Shown here one piece after another: positions 35,700 through 49,900 of a DNA stretch of 64,000 bases. Under the pieces are notes generated by a model. The model was given only the letters and a program-made list of their open reading frames with translations. It ran no database searches and had not been told where the DNA came from. The stretch is from contig NW_003314272.1 of the NCBI RefSeq assembly GCF_000143415.4, forward strand, positions 2,443,728 to 2,507,727, in the 5' to 3' direction. Both the position numbers and the translations under genes were made by a program. Numbering within the stretch: the stretch's first letter is position 1; each line of letters begins with the position of its first letter. The stretch comes from Selaginella moellendorffii. Lineage: Eukaryota > Plantae > Lycopodiophyta.

Positions 35700-38600
35700 A
35701 TATTTTCTGAGATATTTAGTTTTACATATATAAAACTTCTATAAAATTGAGTCTAGATATTGATTTCTAATTATCAATTTATATATATATATATATATAA
35801 TTATTTATAAAAATAAAACATTTTAAGAAGTTATAAGTTTTATAATATGCCATTTGTTAAAAACAATCTAAAATTTAAATTATCTATAAATAATGTTTTA
35901 TAAAATAAATTATGCCTTCATTAGCAAGAGGATTTTAAAAATAACCAATCTCATGGTCAATCTAGGAATATTCATGAGATTAGGTTTTTAAGAAAAATTA
36001 TGGTGAAGAACCTTTGAAAATACTTATTTGTATTACATGGTTTACATGATAATTGTATCCAATGTAAATTAGTGATTTTAAAAAGGATTATATACTCTTA
36101 TATAAAAATTCTAAATATTCATCAATTAAAAAGAGCAATATAAAAGTAAATATTTTGTTAACATGATTCATAAGTAATAAAAGAAGAATACATGAGTTGT
36201 AAAATATTAAATAATAATATATTTTAGTTTTTTTTATCTTATTGCATAGATTTTATTTATTTCAGCTTAAAAATTATTATTTAAGATACTAATATTAAAT
36301 ATCTTTTTAAAATAGTTGTAAGCAACCAAAGAGAATGATTTAAAAAATGGTCCATAAGTTTCAAATATAGAGGGAAAGGGCCCATGAATAAAAATGCACC
36401 CATTTTTCAATTGGTTAAGGGTCTTGGGATATTTAAGGTTAAGCATTCTTGGGTTTGAATAATACTTGGCTAGGTAACCTCCCGAAAAATCCAAACTCAT
36501 GAGTTTATAATAGCTTTATAGTTTTGTTATTTTCTTGAAACATCTCACTCCAAAGACAAAAATAAAAATTAAATATTAATAACAAGCATATAAATAATAA
36601 ATTACAGTAATTTGGCATATTTTCACATGATATATTCATTCATAGAGTGAGCTAGTATAGCCAAACCAATAGATCTTATTCAAGAAAGCCGAGCTTAATG
36701 AGTCCTTTCAACCAGAAAAACTATAAAGCAATAAAGTATCTATATATTCACACAAGGATTTACTTATAAATTGCTATTTTTTATAATTTTGTTCAAAAGT
36801 TCAACAAAGAAATCTTAAATATTCTACTATATAATACGAGGTGCCTTATCCTTCCCTTTTTTTATGCTCTTGAGGGGGAGACATATTTAAATGCAAGATT
36901 AAGGAATAAAGTATAAAGTTGTTACAAAACCTGCAACTAATTGAATGTCTTGTATAATAAATCATGTTACAAAATTTTAAAACTAGAAGTAATAATTTGT
37001 GGTAGCTACTTTTTATAAATTAATTGTGAGAAACCCAAAATCTTATAAACTATACTAAAATTCCAGATTATATGCCTTAAAAAACAATTTCACCTTAAAT
37101 CCACTTAATTTGAAGAATTTTTTTACAAAATTAAGGTTTCTTATTATGTAGCATTGGTATTAATTTTGCATAAACACTATAGGTCATATGTATAGAAGCT
37201 TATATATGTGCTTTCATATGTAATTGCAATACACTGGAAGGGCAAATATATATAGATGTAATACTAAGTAGTTGTCAAAATATATATAGATATTCATTTA
37301 TCAAGAGCATCCCTCTATGCAAAAAAAATCAGAACCACTGCAAGAAATAAACTCCTTACCCAAGTTGCATGAAATTTATGTATTATATTGTATCTTTTGC
37401 ATCTAAACTCTAAAATATCAACCCAAGATAAAAAGCCATATCTCTTAACACGTGGATGCAGGCAAACAAAATAATCATGGCCAAAATTCTTCTCCAAATA
37501 TGAAATAAGAACTTGCATTTCATTAACACATTCTCACTTTGTGGGCTACCAAAGGTTGCTCGAGCTTGTAATTGCCACCTTGATTTATATGATGTAATAA
37601 TGATGATTTGAGTCTAGAGATTTTGATCTCCAAGCCTAACATTCATTTATATATAAACTATACTATACAAATTTAGTAACTTTATCTTGCCTTCTTCCTT
37701 AGAGTCTTACTCATAAAGAAGCTTTCATAGAGCCTTATGCTTTCAAGGAGGCTTGTGTGGAGCCTCCACCTAATAGAGATTGTCAGGTGGCACCTTCACC
37801 TCCTTACCTGGAACCATTAAATCAAAAGGAGCCTCCACTTTGCTACCCTCATAAAGGAGACTATCATATACCACTTCCACATCTTTGCTTGTAACCACTA
37901 TATAATGAGGAGGCTTCACTTTGTTAGTTAGAGTATCCTTCATATCATGTGGAGCCACTAGCTCATTGCCTTGGGGAACCTCAACTAAAGCCTCATCCTC
38001 TACCTCATATAGAGGATTTAACATATCCTTCTCACATAAATTGTCCACCTACAAATTAGGGGTGTTCATTTCATGAGAAGGCTCAAAAGCCTTTTCCACT
38101 ACTATGTTGCATAAGCCCTCCTCCACAATTACATTGTGCCCCACATAAAGGATCCTTTTCCATAACATCACAAGGATAATCTTCCTTTACCATTTTATGT
38201 TTGTTAGTGACCTTATGTTCAACAACCAGCTCAAATTCATCCACCACCATATGCCACACAATGTAAAATTGCACTATAGGCTTTACAAAAATAGCCTTGC
38301 AAAGAAAAACAAAATCTAAAACAAATAAAGGATATCTATTAGTATTCAATACAAGATTGATATGCCATAAATGATCATTAAGTTAATCCATCATCTTGCA
38401 CTTGTAAAGTTACTTCCTCTGTATTCTCGGGATCCAACACCTTTCTTCTATAATCTCTATAATAGTAGAATCTTCCTTTACCCTTCCCTCTTCACTTTCC
38501 TCTAGGATACCAATATTTTTATATTATTGTTTATATACTTCTATATATTTATGCTTTTGTGGTTTTTATTTTCTTTCTAGAAGAAAGATTTATGCTCTAT

Positions 38601-40580
38601 TAGATCAGGTGCCAAGAGTTCTTAGGCACAGCTTAGTGGCAATACTTGCATAAACACAACCTCAAGATTGGAGACTATATCATCTTTTTTTCACCTAATA
38701 TAATGAATGTACATATATTAGGGTTTCCACAACCTTCTTCTATTGCAAGTCACAAAGCCAATAGCATAAGTGGAGGCCCACTATCCTCATTTAGTATGTG
38801 CAAGCGTGTGTTGCAATGTTCCTCATTTACCACAATGTAATCACTGCAACAATCATAAAGTTCAAGCAAAAAAAGCAAAAACCCAAGAAAGAAAAGCTTA
38901 TATTATTAATTTGCAACATGCCTAAGTGCAACAAACTAGTGAAATACCAAATAGTTATGTGTATGATTAGAGTTGCAAAAAATTAATGGATACAACAAGA
39001 TCCACTTACTTGTATAAAAACTATTGCATTTGATGCTCTAACCATATAAAGAAATGTTTTACCCTCACCTCTAACAACCAATTACATTTGCTTTTGTGCT
39101 AATCAATTGTTACCTAAATTAGGGTGTCGTGTGCAAACAACATATGAGAAATAAGAGACTTGCAAGAGTGATTAAAGCACTTTACATTAGAGTGCATAAA
39201 ATATGCTTATAAGCTGTAAGAAATAAGGCACAACCCCGTGAAATAAGAGGAGAAAGATGATCACAATCAAATATTACAAATTTGTGCTCAATAACATAAG
39301 AATAAAACAAAATATCCCTTGCTAGATTCGTAGTAATATCATGTTTTCTAAAATGATGTGGCATTAGTCTTGTGTGGTAGTCTGAAATGTCATGCCCTAT
39401 GTATATATAGCATAACCCATGACAAAAATATTATGTATACAATCATGTTTCGATTATTTATATAGCAATTGAAAAGTGATTGTGTGCATAATAAAATTCA
39501 AAACTAAAAATAAATCCATATATATGTAAATATATTATGTAAGAATTCACAATCACATATCCATTGCTATACAAACTGCAATATTAAATCATGATGAATG
39601 TTTAAATAAAAATTATTTTTCAATTAATTTTTTTTAAATCAAAATTGCAACCACAACTTGTGAGTGCTTGGCCCTCACAAACTAAATTAGAGTTGAAATA
39701 TAATGCTCAAATTAACAATAAGTGCCAAATTTTAGGTGAAAAAATATGTGATAATAATGGTTTAGTGTAGTAGTGCTAGCAACTCAAAAGTAGTTATAGT
39801 CAAGCAAGCTATTATTGATTGCTAGAGCTCTAGTTTATTGTAAAATAACTCCAACATAATAACCACTATAGATGCAATACAAGCATCATTGCAATGTTCC
39901 TTATAATAAGTCATAGTAGTTTCTAGAATCTACTGCTCCTGTGCATTGATACCACATACTACGGTGAATTTCTTCCTCACTTTCATGAAAACCATAACAA
40001 ATAAGTTTTAAGTGATCAACTCTGGAGAGATGGGATAGTTTTATAAAGCTGAATCCTAGATGGAAGAAGAGGGACTCTAATCACTCATTTTTATTTTTAA
40101 CATCAAATTTCTTTCTTCTTTCTCAAACTTCTTGTTTCTTTTTATTTTTTTCTTGTTTTGTTCCTCCCTTCAAAATGTTGCATCAATTGATCAATGTATG
40201 GCAATATATAGCATAGAAGAATCTCAATGTGGTGATTGATTCAAGGGCAATTGACTGAGTGAAGGATTCTTCTAGATGCAATAGTGCATAAGACTTGCAT
40301 ATCACCCAAGTCAAAGAAACTTATTCTCTTCTCTCCTTCTCAATACACTAGATTGGTTTCCTTGATCATGATGTGGTGCCTCTCAAGGTCTTTAGAAACT
40401 TAGTGGCATGGTGCTTAGGTCTCTTAGAAAGGAAATTAATTTCCTTAGCATAAGAAAGTATAGTTGCAACTTAAGATAGGCTAGGTATTCATACCACATG
40501 TTCCATATCCAAGCAGATTCTATACTATAGGTTGCATTATTATACTTTAGGGTTTTTCTCTTGCGATACAATTGTTATTC
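35700..40580. mobile_element. AT-rich, CpG-depleted block of decayed transposon relics (families not resolved)
   Basis: Abrupt compositional shift, no coherent ORFs, (AT)n at ~35780-35799. Faint hAT-like fragments (YYSNP, LHPRVK) and a PBS-like tggtatcctaga on the minus strand at ~38501-38512. Confidence 0.45.
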
Positions 40581-41342
40581 TTAACTTGGTATCAGAGTAG
40601 GATGTAAGGATCTAGGAAGATGGGAGATGCATCCAACTCTAGCAGTAAGCCATATTTCTTCAATAGGAGAGATTTTTCTTTGTGAAAGAACCTTATTAAG
40701 GCATAATTCCATCTTCAAGGTATATATGGGACTATGGATAGTTCTGAGGTAGAACCTTACATTGGAACTAGAGTAAAGGCCCAAAGGCAAAGGGTCCTTA
40801 GGGACTGGAGAATTAGGAAGGAATAGGTTATGGGGTGCATTTGCATCTACCTAAGTCATGGGATCTTACTTAAGACATACATGGAAAAAAGAGTTGCTCA
40901 TGGCTCAATGATTTGTATAGCTTGAATTTTGATATGGAAGTGATGAGGATCTATTCAATCTTAGAGGCTTGCATTTTTTAGGATGGTGGGGATATGCAAT
41001 AGCATGTGGACTCTCTAAACAGGCTATTTGCAAATTTGGTTGCTCAAGGCAAGGAACATGAGGTTTTTGACACCATACAAAATATGAAGCTCTAGAAGTC
41101 ACTCTCAAAAGAGTGGGATAATATTGACAAAGCATTGATATAAGAACCAAACCTGTCATTTAATGAGACAACATCAAAGTTGGTGAACACTTCCTTGCTG
41201 TGTAGGGAGAAGTCCCAGATTTATGAGGTACATGGTGCCATGTTTGCAAGGAGGTAGAAGGGGAGCTCCTTTTGTGGAGGCTGTGGATGCAATGATGGAG
41301 GTTGTAGATATGATAATAAAGGTTATAATGGACAAGGACATG

Positions 41343-41729
41343 TGTCAAGACCCCCAACAAGATCAAAACTGGAAAATGCAAAAGACAAAGAGAAAAGCTA
41401 GTGGAAACAAAGAAGAGGCCTTAGACTAGTGTTGATTCAGATTGTGGAGAAATGGAACAAGGCTAACCTATATATACTATAGGTTGATGAAACTCCACCA
41501 CTCTTGGATCGAGGACGGCTTAAATATAGCTGAGGTTGAGGAGGCACCACATCATCATCAAGAATATGGCTCAAGACTCAAGAATCGTATAGGAAATCAG
41601 AGAGTTAGGAATAGGGAAAAGTCTCGAGAGTCAGGAATAGGGAAGTGTCTCGAGAATCAGGAATGTGGTCTGCAGGTCAGGAATCCAGTGAGATTTAGGA
41701 ATGTGGTATGAATTAAGGGATTCCTGACA
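41343..41729 (-). repeat. Chromovirus 3' LTR
   Basis: tgtcaagacc...ttcctgaca, adjacent to the PPT. Confidence 0.95.
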
Positions 41730-44700
41730 GCACCCCCTCCTCAAGAACGAGTGGAACGAGGACGTGAATGAGAACGAAGAGGAGGATGAGATGGGTGGCG
41801 AGGGACGGGAGATGGAGAAAAAGAATGAGGACTGGGACGAGAAGGATAGCGGCGATGGAAGTCTTGAACAAGGTCAGGAGAATGAATCAGGTTGTCCGCA
41901 AGTTCCCAAGTGCGTTCTTCAGGTCCATAACCCTTCCAGTCGACCAGATAGTAGAGTTTAGACCGTGAGATCTTGGAATCAAGGATGTCCTGAACCTCAT
42001 ACTCAGACCCATCCTCGAGCTGCACTGGTGGAGGCTGAGGAATGACCCGATTTGGAATAGGACTGGGAATATAAGGCTCAAGGAGAGAAGAGTGAAAAAT
42101 GGGGTGAATTTGATAGGAGGAAGGAAGTGCAAGGCGATAAGTAACAGGATTAATGATAGCAGTGATAGGGAAAGGACCGAGGCGTTTGAAATCGAGTTTG
42201 GGACATGGCTTGGTGGTGGAGCTATTTCGCCTGAGGAGCCAGACTTTATCCCCAATATTGTAAGGGGGACAATCCTGACGATGGGCATTGGCAAATGTTT
42301 TGTGAGATTCTTGAGCACGATGAAGGTGGAAGGAGATGGAGTTGTGGATTTCCTGGAGGTTGGAGACAAATGTCTCAGAGCGGGGATTTGAATGAGAGGA
42401 TTCGGATGGAGAAGAAAGTGAGAGATTGAATCGCGGATTTCGGCCAGAGTTCGCAAAGAAGGGGGAAACTCGAAGAGAGGAGTGAATAGAGTTGTTATAG
42501 GAGAACTCAGCAAGGAGAAGGATATCGAACCAGTCATCCTGATGATAGTTGATGAAGCACCTCAGGAATTGTTCTAACGTCTGAATCATTCGCTCGGACT
42601 GTCCATTAGTTTGAGGATGATATGCCGAAGAAAGGTTGGCCTTCACTCCAAGAAGCTGCAAAAACTGTTGCCAAAAATGAGAGATGAACTGAGGTCCCCG
42701 ATCCAAAACAACATCTGCAGGAATCCCATGAAGTTGGAAAATTTCCCTGAATACCAGTTTTGCCATGTCCTCGCCCGAAAACTCCTTGGTACATGGCAGG
42801 AAGTGCGCCATCTTTGTGAAGCGATCCACCACGACTAAAATGCTGTTGATGCCTCCAGAATTCGGAAGATCACTCAAGAAATCCATGGAGATGGATTCCC
42901 GAGGACCTAAAGGGACCGGGAGGGAACGAAGCAATCCTGAAGGAAGGTGGCGAGGTACCTTATTTTGGGCGCAAGTGTCACAGGAGGTAACAAAAGTTTT
43001 GATGTAGTCGTCCATGTAAGGCCACCAAAAGTCCCGTGCAACCAGCTCATAGGTCTTTGCGATGCCGAAGTGACCAACAGTCGGGCTATCGTGGCACGCC
43101 ATCAGGACCAACCTTTGAGCATCACCTTCAGGAACGTAAAGCTGCTCCCCACGGTACAACAAGCCATCTAAGAACTCAAACTCGTCAAATCACTGGTAGT
43201 CGGGAGTCACTAGGTGTCCAGCCTGAAGATGGGGGAAAATGTTGCTGGCGAGGTTATCGGATTGAAGATCGTTTCTGATCGCATCCATCAAGGAGGAGTC
43301 CTGAGGGGCCAGGGAAATTGCCATAACTTGAAGCCGATCAAGACTAAGGATAACTTGATGCTATTGATCGAAGGCAAGATTACCAGGCCTGAGACTAAGA
43401 TAGGAGCACCTTGAAAGAGCATCAGGAAGGCCTTGAAGCTTTCTAGGTCTGTACTTGATAATAAAGTCAAACCGACTCAGGAATTGTGCCCACCTTGCTT
43501 GACGACGGCTCAAAACTCGGGAAGTGGCAAAGTACTCGAGATTTTTGTGATCTGTCCAGACTATTGTTTGATGGCCCGCCCCCTTCAAGAAATGGCACCA
43601 CTCTCCAAAGGAATCCACGATGGCAAGGAGCTCCTTGTCGTGGATTTCGTAATTGATCTCTACAGGCTGGAATTTCCGAGAATGGAAAGCGATCGGATGA
43701 AGTTCGTGATCCGTTCCGAGTTGAGACAGCACAGCACCGATGGCGAAGTCGAAGGCGTCAGCCTTGATGAAGAAAGGTTGTGAGGGATCAGTGTGGATCA
43801 AGACGGGAGCAGAACTGAAGGCCGCCTTAAGTGTGTCAAAGGCCTGCTGGGCAACAGTAGACCAAGAGAAGGGAACATCCTTGCGAGTGAGATGCGTGAG
43901 AGGAAGGACAATGTCAGAGTAGTGAGCAATGAATTTGCGGTAGAAGTTGGTGAAGCCAAGGAAAACCTGAATGTCTAACATTGATTGTGGAGGCTCCCAT
44001 TCGAGAATAGTCTTGACTTTGGCAAGATCCATCGTGATACCCTCAGGAGTGACAATGTACCCAAGGAACTCCACAGACTGCTGATCGAAGGAACATTTCT
44101 CAAGTTTCGCATATAGGCTGTGTTCTCGCAGCTTCGCCAGCACCTTGCATACATGTTCGTCGTGCTCCTCTTGATTTTTTGAGTAGATGAGGATGTCATT
44201 GAGGTAGACGATCACCATCTGATCAAGAAACTCCCGAAAGACATCGTTCGCCATGTGTTGGAAAACTACTGGAGCATTTGTCAAGCCAAATGGCATGACA
44301 GTGTACTCGAAGTGGCCATAGCGGGTTCGAAACGCAGTCTTCCATTCATCACCAGGCTGGATCCGGATCAGGTTGTATGTTCCACGGAAGTCGATCTTGG
44401 TGAAGAAGTGGGCACCGCCGAGGCATTCCAACAGGTCCGAGATCAGGGGCAGCGGATAACAGTTCCGAACAGTCACCTTGTTCAAACCTCGATAGTCGAT
44501 GACTAGCCACAAACTCCCATCCTTCTTCTTGACAAAGAAGATAGGCACTCTAGCTAGGGACTGCAAATGCTGAATGTACCCGGAGGCAAGGTTCTCATCC
44601 ACGTACTCTTTGAGGGCCCTAAGCTCGAACAGGGATAACCCGTAGATAGGTCCCCACGGAGGTGACGCTCCTTCCTGTAAATTAATGGAACAATCATAAG

Positions 44701-46556
44701 GCTGATGAATAGGCAGTACACTAGCTTTTTTCTTGTCAAACACATCCCCAAAATCATGATACTTCTCAGGAAGACTGACAAGAGAAACATGCAAAGCAAA
44801 AAGGAAAATAGGTTCTTCATGAAGGAGTTCTTTCATAGTGATTGTGGAGATAGGAGGAGGCATACGACTAAATGGAATGATGAGACGAGGATACTGTCCA
44901 GTGTAAGATGGAGGAGAGGAAAAAGAAGAGGGTGAAAACTTTGAGTCAAGAACAGAACCTCGATTTGAGTTTAGGGAACTTTTCCTGATTCAGACTCAAT
45001 GAACAGCAGAGGAAGCCGTGGGAGATGGTGATGTGGGAGAGATGAGCTGTAATTCCTTCCAACAGATCTGAGGCTGATGTAGTTGGAACCAAGGAAGACC
45101 GAGCACCACAGAGGAGGACTTGCTGTTGATGATGTTGAAAGCGATATTGGTGACGGTGCACCCGATGTGTACTCGAACGGGCAATGTTTCCCTAAGTCCA
45201 GAAGATGGAGACACAAAATGCCCGCCGATGCCTTCAACTCTCATATCCCATATGGTACAAGAAAGAGGAACGTGATGTCGGGCAGCAAAGTCCGTGTCCA
45301 TGAAGCAGGAAGTTGCACTCGAGTCTAGTAGTGCCAGAGCCTTGAGTCCTAATTGTCCGGTGAAAGAAAGGAGACATGGGATGCAGAAGTTGTGGGAATT
45401 GGTGGTGGCTTTGATGAAAGGTGGTGAGGAGCTTGATAAAGAAGAAAAGTGATTTTTATTCGGGGAGTCCAAACAGACAGCTCCTACTCTGTTTGGACAG
45501 GGTTGTTTCCCGACTGCAACAAAGGTGGATTTTGAGGCAGAGTGGACTCGAGCAGTCGGGGAGGCTTCTTGGGACACATAGTTGCTTTGTGATTAGGATC
45601 AGCACAGTAGAGGCAAAGATTATGAGATATTCGACGTTGCTTCTCAGCAAGACTCAACTTCCCTTTGATGAGTCGGGGAGTACCAGAAATATCCATCGAG
45701 ACCAGAGCAATAGGTTCAAGAGTATGCCCCGAAGACTCAAGCTGGGATTCCTGAGTCTGGGACGGAAAAACAGCGGCACGGCGACTTTCCTGACGACACT
45801 CAAAGAGACAATTGTCACATCGAACAGCTTTGTTGATGGCATCTGATAGGTCCTTGGGATCCTCCATGGTGAGCAACAAATCCTTGACACCGTTGTTGAG
45901 GCCGAAACGAAATTGGTCAATCAGGGCCCGCTCATCCCACTGAGTGTCCAAGGCAAGGAGTTGGAACTCTGCAGCGTAGATCGAGGTAGGACAAGACCCC
46001 TAAGAGAGACGTCTCATCTTTGTGGTAACAGCCCGAACCCGATCCGTCTCGCCAAAACATGCTTCGAGCTTCTCTTTGAACAATTGAAGATCCATCAGCT
46101 TCGGAACCACAACCCCTTTCATGCTCTTCTCTAGAAGAGGAGAAAACCATGACAAAGCTGCACCTTCGAGCAACGTCCCAATCGCGCCAATTTGAGACTC
46201 GGAAGTGGGGTACCGCTGATGTTGAAGTGCAAAGATCAGCTCCATCTGGTTTAGGAATCCGCAAAGCTCCTAACGCTTGCCTGAAAATTTCGCCGGGAAA
46301 CTCACCTTCAGTTCAGGAACTTTGCTGGATCCTTGAGCTGAAAGTGAAGCAAGCTCCTGCTGCATGCGAAGAAGGATCACCTTCAGCTCGGTATTCTTAG
46401 ACTGGATTTTTGCAAGGACTTCGGCAAAGAAATCAGGATGGCTTGGAGACTCCATCAGCAAAAAGAAAGAAAAAGGGGGAAAAAAGCCAAAGGCAGTCAA
46501 ACAATCAAAACAAGCTAAAGGAAGAAAAATGAAAAAAAACACAATCTGAATCAAAC

Positions 46557-46943
46557 TGTCAAGACCCCCAACAAGATCAAAACTGGAAAATGCAAAAGAC
46601 AAAGAGAAAAGCTAGTGGAAACAAAGAAGAGGCCTTAGACTAGTGTTGATTCAGATTGTGGAAAAATGGAACAAGGCTAATCTATATATACTATAAGTTG
46701 ATGAAACTCCACCACTCTTGGATCGAGGACGGCCTAAATATAACTGAGATCGAGGAGGCGCCATATCATCATCAGGAATGTGGCTCAAGACTCAGAAATC
46801 GTACAGGAAATTAGAGAGTCAGTAATAGGGAAAAGTCTCAAGAGTCAAGAATAGGGAAGTGTCTCGAGAATCAGGAATGTGGTTTGCAGGTCAAGAATCC
46901 AGCGAGATTCAAGAATGTGGTATGAATTGAGGGATTCCTAACA
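46557..46943 (-). repeat. Chromovirus 5' LTR
   Basis: tgtcaagacc...ttcctaaca. About 26 mismatches to the 3' LTR by manual count, nearly all transitions. Confidence 0.95.
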
Positions 46944-49900
46944 ACATGCCTCATTGGTGGTGGAGCAACCTCCACCCTACAAGAGCATGAAGAGCATGCT
47001 AGTAGGACTCCTTGTAATAGATAATATGCCAATCACAAACCGACACACATTGGTCGAGATCAATGCAAGTGGAATGCCTACATGTGATAAATGTTATAGA
47101 AAACTTTGGAATAGAAAGCAATGGTGAAGGATCTTATGAATAAGTAAAAGAATAAAAAAGCTTCAATGTGAAGACTGGTGTAGTTGGTCAGCTTTGGGTC
47201 TTGGACTCTGGTTACACCAACTTTATAATGATGAATAAATTCATATTTAACAATATAAACTATGGTTGGGTGTTAGTACTTTAAAGCTTGGTAGTGAGAT
47301 AAACTTTATAAACACTATATAAATCCTATAGTGTATGTAAAGAAATTTAATCTCTATTGCAAAAGTTTATGATAGCAATATTGTTGTCATCTAAAGATGA
47401 CAACAATGTCACTTTTGTGGATAAGAAAAGCTTTTGCATGATAGGGCAAATGATGTTGCATGGGAAACATCAAAAGAACCATATAAAGTATATCCTTTCA
47501 GCTATATCACCATAAATATTATCATTTTCTTCACAAGGACATTCTGAAGAGCTCTGTAGTTGGCATGACAATAACAATGCCAAATGTAGATATTGCTGTT
47601 TGAATTTTCAATCTTAACTAAACTCAATCTAAATGCTGCATTTTGAGAATTATGCATGTTAGAGAAACACTATATAGAAACTTTGCTTTGTCTACATAAA
47701 AATCATTTCAACCTTTAGAATTGATCTATCCAGACCTTTGTGGACCACCTAGTCATTTTGGTGCAAGATATATTATGACATTGATTGATAATTTTAGCCA
47801 AAAAGAATAAGTAAAGTAGTGGAGGCCTTTAAGCTTTACAAGGCCACACTCTAGATGAATCTTGTAAAGAAAATTCAAGCCTTCTACATTGATGGTGGAA
47901 AAGAGTACGTAAACAATGCCTTGAGAGATATTTGCTATATAATAGGTATCTAGACCACTCACTACACCTCACAATAGAATGGTGTTGTGGAGTGTAAGAA
48001 TCAAACAGTGATGAATGTTCCTTGTAGCCTCCTTGCTGAGAACAAGCTTCACAATGAATTTTGGCAAGAGGCAATTATGATAGCCATGCATATTAAAAAT
48101 TTATTCATGGTCACACTCAAAGGAAAGACTACCGAAGAAGCTTAGACTGGCATAAAATATGATGTCTCTCATCTCCAAGTCTTCAATTACACAGTTTATG
48201 CACACATCTTGGATCTGCTCCGCAAAAAGCTCAATTTAAAATGTCAAATACTCATCTTCATGGAATATGCTTATGATGACAAGTGAAGTTGGAAAGCCTA
48301 AAAATTAAGGGATCCCTCCAGTAAGGAGACAATGCTTAGTACAACATAGTCTTTGATGAGAATAATTTTTCATAGGAGTAACTATTGGATGCAATGTCAC
48401 CTAAGTTTGTTGAGCTTGTCCCACTTATTCCAATTTGGCTAGATAACAACACAACTATTGTTAACAATCCTAATGCCAATTGATGACCCTCGTGAGGATC
48501 ATGTTGATGGAAGAGATCCTCTGCCCGATCAGCCACTACCTTTTATCATCCCTTGAAGCAAAGGTTTGCTAGATCTTATTTCAATCTTGGAAGGTTCATG
48601 TGTGAGATAACCCTTTCAAAAGGTGCTTGAAGATGTGACACCCTTTTTTTACTGATGATAAGGCTGAATTGTACATGTTTGTGGACAATCAAATCCCATC
48701 AATGCACCATGAGGCTTGATTGGAGACAAGTCCAATCCTAGATAAATGCCATCAAGAATGAAATAAATGCCCTTTTGCCAAATAACAATTTTGAAGAGTC
48801 TGATTGAAAGCTAAATCACAAGTGGTTGCTCAAAAGAACTCATAATGCAGCCAAATTACAAGGCTTACCTTGTTGCTAAAGGTTTCACATAAGTCAAGAG
48901 GGTGGATTATAATGAAACTTTTTTGCCAGTGATGCAAATAACCAAAGTTTGTGAAAGATCCACCAAATGGATATTAAAATTGCATTTCTCTATGGATCTC
49001 TTGATAAGGAGATATTCCCCTTAGCATCAAAAGCCATGGTGATATAATGAAAAAAGCATGGAGATTGAAGAAGACTTTATGCAATCATCTTGCATATGGT
49101 ATGAAAGATTTGATGAGGCTTTGCAACATAAAAGATTCCATCGTGCTCATATCAACTCCATTGTATATGCCAAAGTAAAAGGTGATAGTATATCGCCTTA
49201 TACGTTAATGTCATTGGAGGGGATGATGATGCTATCCAGCACTTAAAAGAGAGCTTGGCCTGATGCTTTTGCATGAAAGACCTTAGGGTAACAAAATTTT
49301 TTTTTGGAAATCCAAGTGGAGCAGGAATGGAAAAAGATGATGCTCTCAAAACACTGAACAGCTCCTATGCCGGTTTAGCATGGAAAATTGCTATCCTATA
49401 TACACACCCATGGTAGCAGGTGTTGTCAATGCCTCAAGATGTAAGAGGCATGCTTGATTCACAAGTTCCTTGTTGGAACTTGATCAATTGCTTGATGTAC
49501 TTTTTATCTTGACATTTGCTATGCAACTATCATGCTTAGCCAGTTCAATTCAGAGCCTTGCACAGGACATTGAAAAGCTGCAAAATTTGTTTGAAGGGGA
49601 TAATAAACCTAAGTCTCGCAATGACACAAGCCTAATCTACTACACAGGTGCCAACTATAAACTATCACCACAACTTATAGGTCCTCCACAAACAAAGGGT
49701 GCCAGTTGACCACTACAGATTTTGTATGCAACTTTGTGGAGCTCGGGTTGTAAGAATCTTACTTAGTTAACTTTAATGTGTTGGTTACATCATTATATAG
49801 TTAGTTATGTGTCACTTTAATGCATCTCTTTGAAAAGTTAATGTGGATATCAGCCAGGATCACTAATGTAGTAATCTTGTGTTTTCCCATATAGGCAAGC

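Larger units (their letters stand above)
41343..46943 (-). mobile_element. Full-length but defective Ty3/Gypsy chromovirus (Tf1/Tcn1-like)
   Basis: Two 387-bp TG..CA LTRs, TSD ACATG at 41338-41342 and 46944-46948, PPT at ~41730-41745. Gag with CLYCADPNHKATMC knuckle, protease LLDSSAT, RT (YLND instead of YLDD), RNase H, integrase, and chromodomain EYEVQDILDS...YYLVDWKGYGPEERTWE. Frameshifts and stops present. Confidence 0.97.

Noticed and set aside
40905-41159. Minus-strand ORF that looked like a Gypsy integrase tail (…YFVWCQKPHVPCL)
   Set aside because: The plus strand fits Copia gag, downstream of the PBS at 40587 and colinear with the pol remnants after 46948.
41600-41712. Short repeats (tcaggaat…) inside the LTRs that superficially resemble an array
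   Set aside because: Irregular U3 enhancer-like tandem motifs present in both LTRs. No unique spacers, and the context is eukaryotic, so not CRISPR.
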